In this document: in pieces, positions 42,111-53,563 of the stretch
Numbering within the stretch: position 1 is the first letter of the stretch
Layout: the number at the start of each line of letters is the position of its first letter
NCBI GenBank assembly: GCA_030141605.1
Contig: JAQGDQ010000238.1
Location: 1-64,000, forward strand
Direction: 5' to 3'
DNA from: Tubiluchus corallicola
Taxonomy: Eukaryota; Animalia; Priapulida
DNA: 64,000 bases
Notes under the pieces: model-generated
Told to the model about the DNA's origin: nothing
The model's input: only the letters and a program-made list of their open reading frames with translations
Database searches by the model: none
Program-made: the position numbers and the translations under genes

Positions 42111-44783
42111 AATTAATGTCAAACTAAGAATGTGTGATAGGTTTGATTATTTGCTATATTTACAAGCAAGTTTGCTTTGAAGGGACAATGGAATAAAGCG
42201 ATTAATTAGCTCTATAATTAAAATAAATATTATTGTGCTAAAATAATTGATGAAAAGCAAATGCATTTGTAAAATAGCACCTGCATGAAATATGTCTTGG
42301 ATTCAGATGATTTTAAATATACTGCCTCAGTATGGTAAATAGTCAAGCGCAGTGCGGCAGACGAAGCTGATTTTACAGGTGATCTATCCATTTACTAGAC
42401 ACACTCGGCCACAATGCTCAGTCTTCTTAGCCACGCATCATGACCGTGCTATACCCCTACCCCAAGATTGTCAGTAGAAAGTGGCGACATCTTTTGCTAG
42501 ATAAAATAGCCTTTACAAAAAATGTTCCCAGTGAACAAATGACAATCGCTTCAGTTGTAATATTTAATTCTTCTGCAAGCCATGAAACGTGTCGTGAGCG
42601 TGTCATTATTATTCGCTTTAAAGTTACTTGCTACATTGAAGTAGGGATTTAACATCGATTATAAAATAACTGACTATAAGCACTTTATTGTTATAGCCTA
42701 TCTTTATATTTGTAGACCTTTTTTAAGTGTTAGGCTATGCCAATTTTACTTCCTCGTGAAAAGATCCAGTTTTGCACCTCTATTGTAAATTGTTTTATGA
42801 TAATTTTCTAAATATGTGTCTGTCTGTAGAATATTAATTTGATAGTACCAATAAAGAGATTTTCAATAATATGTTTTGATTTTTTGAAACAGCAATGATA
42901 ATCCAAAATCAATTGGCCTCTATCTATCTATCTATCTACATACATAATTATGTAATCAGCATTTGTTTAATTTATTTAAACAAAATAAGTTATTTTCTTT
43001 CATGCTTAATTTTCCATTTGTTATTGTCGTAAAACAGTAAAATACACAGAAAGTACAAGAAATATTGTATTTCTACTGTACAATGCAATTTTTTATTTTT
43101 CAGTATATAAAAAGTAGAGATATAGGTATAGGCAGTTAAGCATACTAAAAGTTACTATTGATATATGTACACACAGTTAAACATACTAAAAAATCACTAT
43201 CTGATAACATTATTTTTAAATTTCAAAATGTTATCGCTATATGCCATTGAAATCATTGTATTTAATTAGAAGATACAAAATTCATATTATACTGCAGAAA
43301 AGTATCAGAAGTAATTGCTTTTCACACATTGAACTAGTTCTAATGAGGTACAGCTGAGTCCATGATGTTAGCTGCTCACTGCTTGGTTCCAAGCCTAATT
43401 CAACCATCACAAAAATCTGTAAAAAATACATTAAGTTATGTAACCAATCTAAAATTCACACATAACATGTATTATACACACTTCTGAAAGTGGTTACGTG
43501 GCACTTTTTCATGAAATCCAACTTCATACAATTCAAATTTGTCACAAGGTTTCCACATTGGCCCACAGAACTGTAAAATTAATTGCTTCGAAATATTTTT
43601 AAGATTGTATTGAAAGTGACAACAATTATCAACATTATTATTATTATATTCAAGCTAGAAAGTTAACCAATCAAGCAAGCTAGCCAGTCAGCAGCTTAGT
43701 GATCTCTCAAAGAGGCAAGTTCTACATCTTTAAAGCAAACTTTTCTATTACAAAAACTTTGCTAAAATATTATTGTATAAAAGAATATAAACGAACGATG
43801 AAGTTACCTACCAAGTTTTTAGTGATGCTGAGTTTATCTGATGTCAGTGTCGCAGTGAACCTTCAGGGTGGTGTTATCATCGTTTTCGCACATTGTCCAA
43901 GTATTGGATCATTGACCATTCAGTCATCGACTTCTAACATGTCACAGAGGCAATGCGAGGGACGTGGGTGTCCTGTCCTGAATCAGGGTTAGTAGCTCCA
44001 TGGTGGCGCCACGCACGTTAGAAGCAAACTTCACCAGTAGGCGCTTTCGTTAATGTCAGTGCAGCAACAGCAGACATGGTGAATACATTCTGTAAACAAT
44101 AAACGCACCATAAGAAAATTGGACAGTCTAGCATGGGGAAACTTGTGAAAACCTGTTTCTTAGAGCTAAGAATAGACAGTAGATTAGTCTGCTACACACT
44201 CAGGCCTGCGCAGTTACCCAAGGGCTACTGTCCTTTGTAATGAGATGAAAGTTTGGCTAACAAAGAGTTTAATGTATGACGTTACTGACGACTGTAATTT
44301 CTTTATCTCATATACTGTACAATAAGATGCTGCTAACTAACTTAAAAATACAAATAGATTGTTGCAATGAGCAATAAATTGCAAAGTTCTGCACATGACT
44401 ACTTTCTGCTACGTTTAACAAATTACAAAGTTCATCGTGTGACTAGTTTCTGCAATGCGCAACAAATTGCAAAGTTCTGCATATGACTACTTTCTCTCAT
44501 TAAAAACACAGAGAAATGGATTGCTTAGATTTTATAATTCAATAGTTGCATACTGCAGTATACGTACAAATACGTATCCATTAATATAGAATAATGGATC
44601 TACAAATAGTGGCGTTAAAATTGAAATAGGCCCATTTATCTATCTGTATAGCATAGTTTATTTTAGCTCTGTTAACAATGAAAAACATTGTAATGTTTTA
44701 AAAGTTTTGTGTTTTTTCATAGGTATCTTCAATTTCACTCTCAAGACTGGTGGTGTTTTAAATCTAGGTGACAAATTACTGGC

Positions 44784-45416
44784 TTACCATGGGCGAAAGT
44801 GTCGATAAAAACTATAATTTCTTCTAATTTCGTCTTCTAAACTTAGTTGTATAGCTTGAATGAAGAAAGCTCAATCGAAGAGTACTATTGCACAATTTAA
44901 AGATATAATTTAAATAACTTACCGTTCTGAATTTCGCTATTCATGCTATTTTGTACGTAATTCAGCACCATTTCCACAATGTCAGATTGGCTCAACCTTG
45001 GATAAATAGCTGGGTCTTTTCCCAAATCTTCCAGCACCAATCTCTTCAACTCCTGCAGACTTTGGTGCATCTCTTGGTCTTTTCGTTTCTTCTCTGTTGT
45101 TTTTACAACCTACACGTAGAAATTATCATTAACATTTTGTACGTATGCTGCAGTATTAAATCTAAGCAATACATTTCTCTGTGTTTTTAATGAGAGAAAG
45201 TAAGCATATGCAGAACTTTGCAATTTTTTGCGCATTACAACAGTATATTTGCATTTTTAAGTACAGAAATATAACTACAATTTAATTATGAGCATCGTTT
45301 CTTTATAATTCCATTAACTACTGTTTAGAAAACAACTAATCAAAGCCGTGACTCACCTTTCTAAGAAACACCTTAATTTGATTTTTCACGTTGTCTAGGT
45401 AAATTTTAAAAACCAT
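44784..45416 (-). CDS. Divergent mini-Hes (HesD): degenerate-basic HLH, no Orange domain, terminal FRPW, 99 aa
   Basis: Exons 45416-45357 (MVFKIYLDNVKNQIKVFLRK|GTGAGT), 45109-44923 (VVKTTEKKRKDQEMHQSLQELKRLVLEDLGKDPAIYPRLSQSDIVEMVLNYVQNSMNSEIQN, donor GTAAGT), 44836-44784 (EDEIRRNYSFYRHFRPW*). Phases 0 and 1 at Hes intron-1 and intron-3 positions; open 300-nt frame; aligns with the HesA/B HLH. Confidence 0.82.
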
Positions 45417-45777
45417 GATGAAAACTGGCAGTTGGGTGATCCTTGAGACTTCTGTTAAAGAATTTTGCAACGTGCAAGTGAAATGCCCAGCGCCATGCCA
45501 AGTCCTTTTATCCGTTGTGTTTGGAAGCACCTTATTGCACTTTGAGGGATGAAGTAGTTTGGCTTAGACACATAATAATAACCTTTTAGTTGTATTAGCA
45601 GCAGACTTTAATGGTATTAACGTAAGTATGCCTAGCAAAGCGAATGTTTTATGATATCTGTTTTTATCTTAATTAGTATTTTTTACACACTGATTATTCG
45701 CAATAACTTAAGCGTAAGTTTTTATGATTGTTGTCAAATTCATACCGCCACCCCTCTAGTATAATGAACTGGTCTGG

Positions 45778-45859
45778 GCAGGTGCGGGCAGGTGGCAGGT
45801 GGACGTCCGACTCGTGCGAACTTTCCTCCGAACTGAATTCCCACGATCAGTCGACCAAT
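45778..45859 (-). promoter_or_regulatory. HesD promoter: three proneural E-boxes + Su(H) paired site + CCAAT
   Basis: GCAGGTG at 45778, 45788, 45795; CGTGCGAA-N17-TTCCCACG 45813-45845; CCAAT 45855-45859. Confidence 0.8.
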
Positions 45860-46049
45860 GAGAGCTGTCGTTCTTTGTTAAGGTACAAGGTAGAATAAAT
45901 AATGCCTAAACTCAGACCCGTGTGTCAAAATCTTAATCTTTTTATTGGATAGATCACGTTGACTGCAAATTAATAATAGTGCAGAGCACAGGTCATGTTT
46001 TAAGTATTCAACTTAATCAAATCAAAATCAATTTTTGTATGTGTATTTA

Positions 46050-46690
46050 CTTGCATTCATTCATTTGTTATTTATTTATTTATTCATTTGTTTATTTATT
46101 TATTTATTCATTTGTTTATTTATTTGCCTATTTTATTACCAAGTAATAATTCACATACTTGCTTGACTTTTTATTCATATATTCATGTATGTTTTAATCT
46201 ATTGATTCATTCACTCATATTAATTTCATTGCATTAACTCCAAGGCGTTGAATGGATTAACTCATCTAGATTTCTTCATTTTATTAACTGCGCGAGCAGT
46301 TAATTTGGCAAGCAACGTTTTCTTGAGTGATTAAAAGACACAGAGGGCATTAAAAAGATACGTCTACAGCAGATAAAAAACCCAGCTCGATTGACTTTAA
46401 AAAAGAGTATCTGTGCAAATTTGAATGGACAACAAGAAAAAACACTTAATCAGAGAAAACGTTGCTTTCCAAATTAAGTGCTCGCGCAGTTAATAAAATG
46501 AAGAAATCCAGGTAGGGTAAACCATTTGACGCCTTGGCTGTAAATGCAATGAAATTAATATGAATGAATGAATCACCAGATTAAAACATACATAAATATA
46601 TAAATAAAAAGTCAAGCAAGTATTTGAATAATAAATAAATAGATAAACAACTAATTAAATAAAATAAGCATACAAATGAATGAATGAATG
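46050..46690. mobile_element. Foldback/MITE-like long inverted repeat
   Basis: Arms ~46147-46333 and ~46446-46631 are reverse complements (e.g. ttattaactgcgcgagca / tgctcgcgcagttaataa), ~110-bp loop, (ATTT/ATTC)n outer flanks. Confidence 0.75.
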
Positions 46691-48379
46691 AAGGAATGAA
46701 AAAAAGGAACGAATTATAATGACTACATAATTAAAAGAGCAAACAAACTAATAAACAAACGATAAAATGAGCAAATGAAACAAGTATGGTGCGTTAATAA
46801 GTCATTACACGGATGTAGCTCATCTTTGTATCACCGTCTCATTGAGTAATTGCTTGACTTCCACAAATAGTTGCAAAGCAATCAAAATAGTAAATAATAA
46901 TTTGGGCACAAACGCAAACTGAAATAAAGTTTTATTACTGCAAAATCTTTTCAGCTGTATTTATGTTTTAGTTCTCTGTCAAATGTTATTTAATGCATCT
47001 GGCATGCTAGACTATCTAGAGTTGACCAGTGTCCATGGGAAAAAGATTATACCCAAACTATCCCTTTTGATCTTTTACCAAAAGTCGTTTAATAATACAC
47101 CTATTACTGTGAAAAATATTCTGACTAAGCTGTGTATCTGTATAAATTAATGTATATGGTCCAAAGCTTGAATTTGTCCCGAGAAAAAATCTGTTTTGCA
47201 ACCCACCCATTACTTAGCAAATAATTCTGGAAATCTTATCTTATTAAGACCTGAACATCTAACAAACTGACTAACAGTTTCTTTGCTCAGCTTCTTTACT
47301 GCAAAATCACTAGTATTTTCTTAGCTTAGCTAGCTCGTTGTGTCTTATTTAAGATACATATCATTGCAGACGGTGCAACCCACTGAACCAGGGTCTACGT
47401 ATCTATATATTATATCAATGTTTGTTTGCAGTTCGCGTTGTAACTCCCGAATAAAACTTAGAAAAAATAAAACAAAATAAAATAAAATTTCACATAATAA
47501 TTGATAAAATTTATTATTAAATATCTATTAAATTTTAGGTATTATTGAGTTTGAGTTTATTAAAACCCACTATTCTGTGATTGTAGTAACCACAATTTTA
47601 TTTCTAGTTTGCTTTGACGTCATTGAATTCAGTATATTATTGTTTTATTTTTGAAATTCCAAAACGAGTTGTTTTTATTGTTTTAAGTGATACTTTCCAG
47701 GAAACTCCTGCCTGCCCTACCCACCCCATCCCATCGCATTCCATTCTATCTCATCACATTCCATATTATCCCATCCCATTCGTCTTCATTCGAAGGATAA
47801 TTTTAAATTATTTCATCATTGCTACGATTGATATATCTATACCAATAAATCATTTATAATATTTGTACCCTATTTGCAGCCCCCAAAATAAAATAAAATT
47901 AAGTAGTTTTAAGAACGGTTTTGGGACTAGCAAACGATTAAACCAATGGTGAAAGTAAAGTTCAGATAAATTAGTCAATAAAATAAAATTTATTTTAATT
48001 GACTAGAAACAAATCAAATAAAATCATATTCAAGCCAAATGAATCAACTCCGAGCCAATGAAATCCAGCCAGATCTATTCAAATAAAACAAATCAAATCA
48101 AATCATCATTTGAAATGAAAAGAAATAAAATAAAAAGCATCAAATGAATTATGTATGTTAAGTTTTTAATCATGTCAACAAAAATCTGAAAATTGACCAG
48201 CATTACTGTTTTACTATGCATAAAAATTAGCTTTATGAATAACTTCCTTTAACTTACTAATGTTTACAAATATGTTTGCATTGACAAGTGTAGGCTGGGC
48301 TAGCATAACTGCATCCGCAATCTGAGCCATGTGACTCGAGCCGGACGCGTGATTATTACTATGCTGCAGCCGTCTTTGG

Positions 48380-48428
48380 ACAGGTGTGTGAAAGTTGTGA
48401 GAACTGGGATGATACCTGAGTTCTCACG
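48380..48428. promoter_or_regulatory. Distal Notch/proneural enhancer candidate (SPS + P)
   Basis: ACAGGTG 48380-48386; TGTGTGAA 48385-48392; TGTGAGAA-N17-TTCTCACG 48396-48428. Confidence 0.75.
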
Positions 48429-48761
48429 GTTCAAAGACCATCTGCCGGATCGCGTGCTAGCCATCGTGTTGACTTGTCCCGGGGCTTAGGAAGAAGGAAT
48501 GTTTATTTGTTGCATCACAAATGATTGCTACTAGCTTACGCAGTCTAACAACAAATCAACACTATCTATTTCAATTCCGATCAATATTAAATAAGAAATA
48601 AAGTTCTTAGTAAGACTTGTAAATAATAGAGGTATGCGAATATTTCATATTTCATGCTATAACTTATTAGAATCTTAATTACAAAATTGTTACTAATAAC
48701 GGTACAGACCTACAATTAATTCAATTTTGACAGCGCACCTGAAAGGCAGAAAATGTGAAAA

Positions 48762-48842
48762 AGATGGAATGCAGCCTAGATTTGAACCAAGAACCTACTG
48801 CTTACAACGCAGACGTCTTAGACTGCTAGGCCAACGCAGTTC
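48762..48842 (-). mobile_element. tRNA-derived SINE head / tRNA pseudogene
   Basis: Minus strand tggcctagcagtctaagacg...ggttcttggttcaaatc shows A and B boxes but an imperfect cloverleaf. Confidence 0.5.
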
Positions 48843-50434
48843 ATCCCCTATTACGCCTGACCAACCAAATTCGGCATTTCCAATGTTAGATCGCTCACAG
48901 TTTCAGTATGATTCAACCTGATAAGATTTATTATTTTATTTTTGCTGTGAAGCCCTTAGGGGTGGGGGGGGGGGGTGCAACCCGTAGGGACCGGGAATTT
49001 AAGAGAACTTGTCAGTGAACAAGTAACAGATTTGTTTTTAATGAAAAATCCTCATATAAAGCTTTTTATTGTTTATGCACACCAGCATTTGGTTAATATA
49101 GGTGTTTATGTTTTAGGTTCCTTATTATTGCATTAGAATTGTCAGATTTATGATTGATTATTGTTACTGTTTTTGAATATTTACAATCTTTAGATTGAAC
49201 ACTGACTTTTGCTGAACTTTCTAATTAGCTTTAAATATCTTATTCTCAATTAAAAATTCTAAAGCTTTTATAATGGCTAGATTTAATATTTATTAATAAC
49301 AATAGGTAGTAATAATAGTAATGAAAAGTGCAGGCGTTCTCTTATAGGTCCTTTTAGTTTCAATGGACTTGTTAACAATTTACTAAAACAAAATGGCTGC
49401 CTTAGAAAACAAATGGGGGGAGCCTGTATATGGCATACTTGAAACAGGCCCTGTGCTGTATACTTTGCACTGGGTCCGAAGTACCCAGCATCCTCCCAAA
49501 GGATGGCAGAGATTTTTGATTAATTTTGAGTCAGAAATTTTCGCGGGTAATTAAGATTTCAATGGGTAATTTTGGGACATTATATTTAACTGAAAATTTT
49601 CTTATAATTGCACTGCATCTTAATGAAAATTTATTAATTTTTTTTAAAAATTATCACGGAAAATAATTTGCAAACTGTTAACTGTGACTTTTTCGGCACA
49701 CACTCAGGTATTGTTATTTTTGTTGAAAATGCCGTGCATAAGTAGACAAATATTTTACACATATTCATAACTACGCTTGATTTACGCTAATTAAGATGTT
49801 TATCTCGCAAACACCTTTCTTTGTGATATTATTGTTTCCGGTAGAAACAAAGTAAACTCATTCCCGTCATTGTTGTTGTTATCATGTTATGAAAATGGGT
49901 GCTGCCGCTGTCGTCACCGTCGTCATAATCATTGTTATTTTGCTCTAGGCAGTCAAGCAGGCATAGACCCAGGCAGGTTGCTAATCAGTGATATGAAACG
50001 TTTGTGTGCAACATTTTAAAACAACGTAATTAAAAAGCATATTAAGCATTCAGTGACAGGTGACAAGGAACTAAAGAAACGTACTGAGTGGAGGAACGTG
50101 GGAAACTATGTCAGGTGTAAAGAAATCTGGCGGGATGGCGGATGCATGACGGGGGTACTAAAATGACTAACATTGCACAAAACGTTACTAATCAGTGCAG
50201 TACAAAAATCCTCATTTAAGGTGTCAGTTGTGTTGATTAAACTCATTTTTTCCGGTTCCAAATTTCTAATGGCAATCGAAGTAGTCTGAAGTTATAAGTA
50301 TATTTGAAAGCAGCCCTAGATATACATGCAGCTGTGTGCTGAGGTATGTGGCGTGGGATACTGAAGACACGAGTCTCTGTCATGGTTCTTGCACGTGGAC
50401 AATGCGTAGATAGTATCATGCTTAACTACCTGAG

Positions 50435-50615
50435 CGTGGGAACCTCTCGCTACAGGAAAGTCGCACGAGTCTGAATTTATTTACATTTTACAGACTGGTG
50501 GTGTCAGACAATGGCGGTTGCAGGTGATTGGTCGAGCCATCCGTGAGAACTCCGCTACTCTAATCTTTCACACGAGTTGAGCGTATGGCACACCTGGCGT
50601 CTGCCCTGTATAAAT
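50435..50615 (+). promoter_or_regulatory. HesB promoter: two Su(H) paired sites, proneural E-box, CCAAT, TATA
   Basis: CGTGGGAA-N17-GTCGCACG 50435-50467; GCAGGTG 50520-50526 followed by ATTGG; CGTGAGAA-N17-TTCACACG 50542-50574; TATAAA ~50609-50614. Confidence 0.82.
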
Positions 50616-50712
50616 TCCTTAGCATGGAAGTGCGTTCCATCACTTAGCGATCCGCTACACGTGCTAACAGTTCGCTTGCTCGAGATATACTATAGTCACT
50701 TAATATATCAAT

Positions 50713-51213
50713 ATGCCTGCTATTAACACTGGACTTTATTATGGAACCATGCATATGGACAAGAAGTCTCAGAGAAAGATTCTTAAACCTATCATAGAGA
50801 AGAAACGGCGGGATAGAATCAATACATGTTTGGACGAGCTAAAACTGCTGGTACTTCAAGGAATGAACAAGGATCCATCCCTTTATTCCAAACTGGAGAA
50901 GGCTGATATACTGGAGATGACCGTCAAATACATGAAGAGCGTACGAGGTGGTCAATCATTGGGAAATAACGACAGATACAGAGCTGGATTCTCTGAATGT
51001 GCAACAGCGGTGTCACATTACATTGGAGGAGTAGATTCGTCTCTTCATTTTCGTATGATGAATCACTTATCAGTTGTAGCAGCATCAAAGTTGAAACCAT
51101 CACCTCTGCAGCAACAAGAGAACACTCGTCCGATCACATGTTTCATCCCAGAGCAAACACAAATTAGTCCAGTTATGAAGGAAGAAAACAAGGCAGTTTG
51201 GCGTCCATGGTAA
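50713..51213 (+). CDS. HES: Hes bHLH-Orange repressor, intronless CDS (HesB), 166 aa, WRPW; inverted twin of HesA
   Basis: Same bHLH/Orange/WRPW layout as HesA; by my manual comparison 7 nt differences in 501 and 2 aa differences (Y/S, D/E). Confidence 0.96.
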   Translation: MPAINTGLYYGTMHMDKKSQRKILKPIIEKKRRDRINTCLDELKLLVLQGMNKDPSLYSKLEKADILEMTVKYMKSVRGGQSLGNNDRYRAGFSECATAVSHYIGGVDSSLHFRMMNHLSVVAASKLKPSPLQQQENTRPITCFIPEQTQISPVMKEENKAVWRPW

Positions 51214-53328
51214 CGGGAAGATGCAGTCAAGAACAGTTCCTGATCACCAACGACGTCACCGTCGTGAAGTCAAAACGAAGTGTGGTGCAATACATTGAAG
51301 CAAGTAACAGGTCAATTCCACGAGATGGACATGTCAACAATTGACTGTGAAAGTCACCACCGTGAGAATGAAATCTGCACGGGCTGCCATTTTTTCTGGT
51401 AAGCATTTTCAAATTTTTTTTCGTTGAAATTTGTTTTCAAAAATGCAATAATCGTTGTATTAAGTTGTTTTTTGCTTGGCAACTTTTAATAGGTAACAGT
51501 TTAATATAGTTCATCTAACTTGAAATCTAAAAAAAGAATTTTTGCACTTTTTGACTTTTCTTGCGACAGTATATTTATTAATGATAATAATTGTAAAAAA
51601 AACTTGAACAGTCTATGTAGTTTGTTGTTCCAAATATCTTTGTTTGAGATACTAATTTTGTTTTATTTACTTACAGCTGAAGATGTTAAAATGCAGAGAA
51701 GAATATTTGCAGAGCGGCCCTTGATGCAATAAGGCAAAACCAGTTGCAAAATCAGACGTAGAACAAGCTGACGGGGGGATGTACGTTATTCTAGTTGTCA
51801 GTGATTTTAGTGTTAAAAATTACATTGAATTGTTCATTTTGTTCATTTATTGTAATCATTTGCTCGATTATTATAGAGTCACTAAAATCATGTATAGGTA
51901 GTCGAATTTTCTGAAATAATAAGCAATGTAGAAACATGAATAATGAAGTAAAAAATAAATAATACTGATTTACTGTATCACTTCATTAATTTTACTTAAC
52001 TGTTAATTTGAAAAGGACCTCCATGTTTCTATTAATGCATCATAATAGCAATTTGTTATTTAAGCGTAGATGCTATCTTCTGATTTGTCTGTGTATTGAA
52101 CATTCATGACATTTTGTATATACGAATATTAATATTTTTTGGATTTATGTTTTTGTAGTGCTTAATAGTAATCAGTTGCATTTGTAGTTCATTTCTGTAA
52201 AAGGAACTGTAACGTATCAGACTTGTGACAATAAAAAATCTAAACGTTGACGTGCGTTTTCCTGTTTAAATTAACCATTTTGCCATACTACTTTTTTATT
52301 TATAATAAGAAAATTACATTTGAAGTCGAGATTAAACAAAAAAAAACTTGCATGGAAAACAAGATTTTTCTACAAGTAAACGAAATGTTGATCAGTTTAT
52401 TAGCATTGTGCGCGTATGAAGATGGATGAGCATGAAGTCCCGCAGATCAGTTAGCGACTGCATGCAAAACATACAATTACCCAGTTTTTACCGTTTCCAA
52501 ACGTAACACTCAAGAATTTACTCATCGGTATTCTCTTTTGTAGCAAATTAGTGCAAAAAGTTGTTCCATTAAAAAAAAACAAGAGAAGAGTACAAACATA
52601 ACATTCATTTGTTAGGCAAGCGCATTGATCATGCACTATGCTATCTAGAATTATTGCGTTCATGACTAGTTGTAAAGTTGACACTCTGATAAAACATTTC
52701 ACTGCTGAAGAAGAAGAGGGAGAGTGAGAGAGAGATCAAGTGGATTTCAACCATACCCTAGATAATTCTGTGGGCATTTGAATTTTTCCTTTAGTGCAGT
52801 CTTTTACATTTTCAAACACTAAGCGCTTTAAATAGTATTAACTATGTTGCTCTTGCTACATAATAATGTTCATATTTATTGCAACATTTTTTGTATATTG
52901 TGGTCACCATTGTTCTGCATCTGCCTAGCGTTTCGCTCTAATTAGGGGAGAACGTATATCAGTTGTAAAACTGTCTGTTTCAAATCTAGTCATATGTTAC
53001 ATCTTCAATAAATGATGTTTAAACCTAAACCAATTGCATCTGCAAACAAAAAAATCGAGACATTTAAATCGAACAAATCAAGACGCACGCGATCAAGTTC
53101 CATTAGGCAATTTTCTCACTTTTTTACAATAAAACAATTTAGGACATCATGAATTTTAAAAATGACTAATGGTCACTTATGAAATCCTAAGACTTATTTG
53201 TCCACCAAAAATACAAATTACAGAGATTTTCATACGTGCCCAGTGAGTACTTGAGGAACATAAGAAATATACTCTTGAAATACATAAAATACTTTGTTGT
53301 CCTAAAATACACTTACTTGGCAAATTGC

Positions 53329-53563
53329 AAATGTAGAACTAATGTAAATTTGCAATTTATTACGTACAAGGCGCTGTTGTCTGGAATAATTTATCGTCGT
53401 CTGTCAAGAATTGTCTGTCACTTTAAGAGCAACTTTTAAAACTAAAGTTAAACTTTAGTTGCTATTCAAGTGACAGAGAATTTTTAACAGACGACGATAA
53501 ATTATTTCAGACAACAGCGCCTTGATATCTAATAAATTGCAAATTTACATTAGTTCTACATTT
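53329..53563. repeat. Near-perfect ~110-bp-arm palindrome (MITE-like hairpin)
   Basis: aaatgtagaactaatgtaaatttgcaatttatta...ggcgctgttgtctg.aataatttatcgtcgtctgt is mirrored by acagacgacgataaattatt.cagacaacagcgcc...taataaattgcaaatttacattagttctacattt. Confidence 0.9.

Noticed and set aside
43996-44012. TGGCGCCACCATGG on the minus strand as a relic WRPW (2-nt insertion) or a perfect Kozak start
   Set aside because: Too short to distinguish from chance; the ATG opens only a ~19-codon ORF.
51209-51344. Downstream ORF starting at the ATG within the Pro-Trp codons of HesA/B
   Set aside because: The frames diverge and stop at unrelated positions in the two copies; not conserved.
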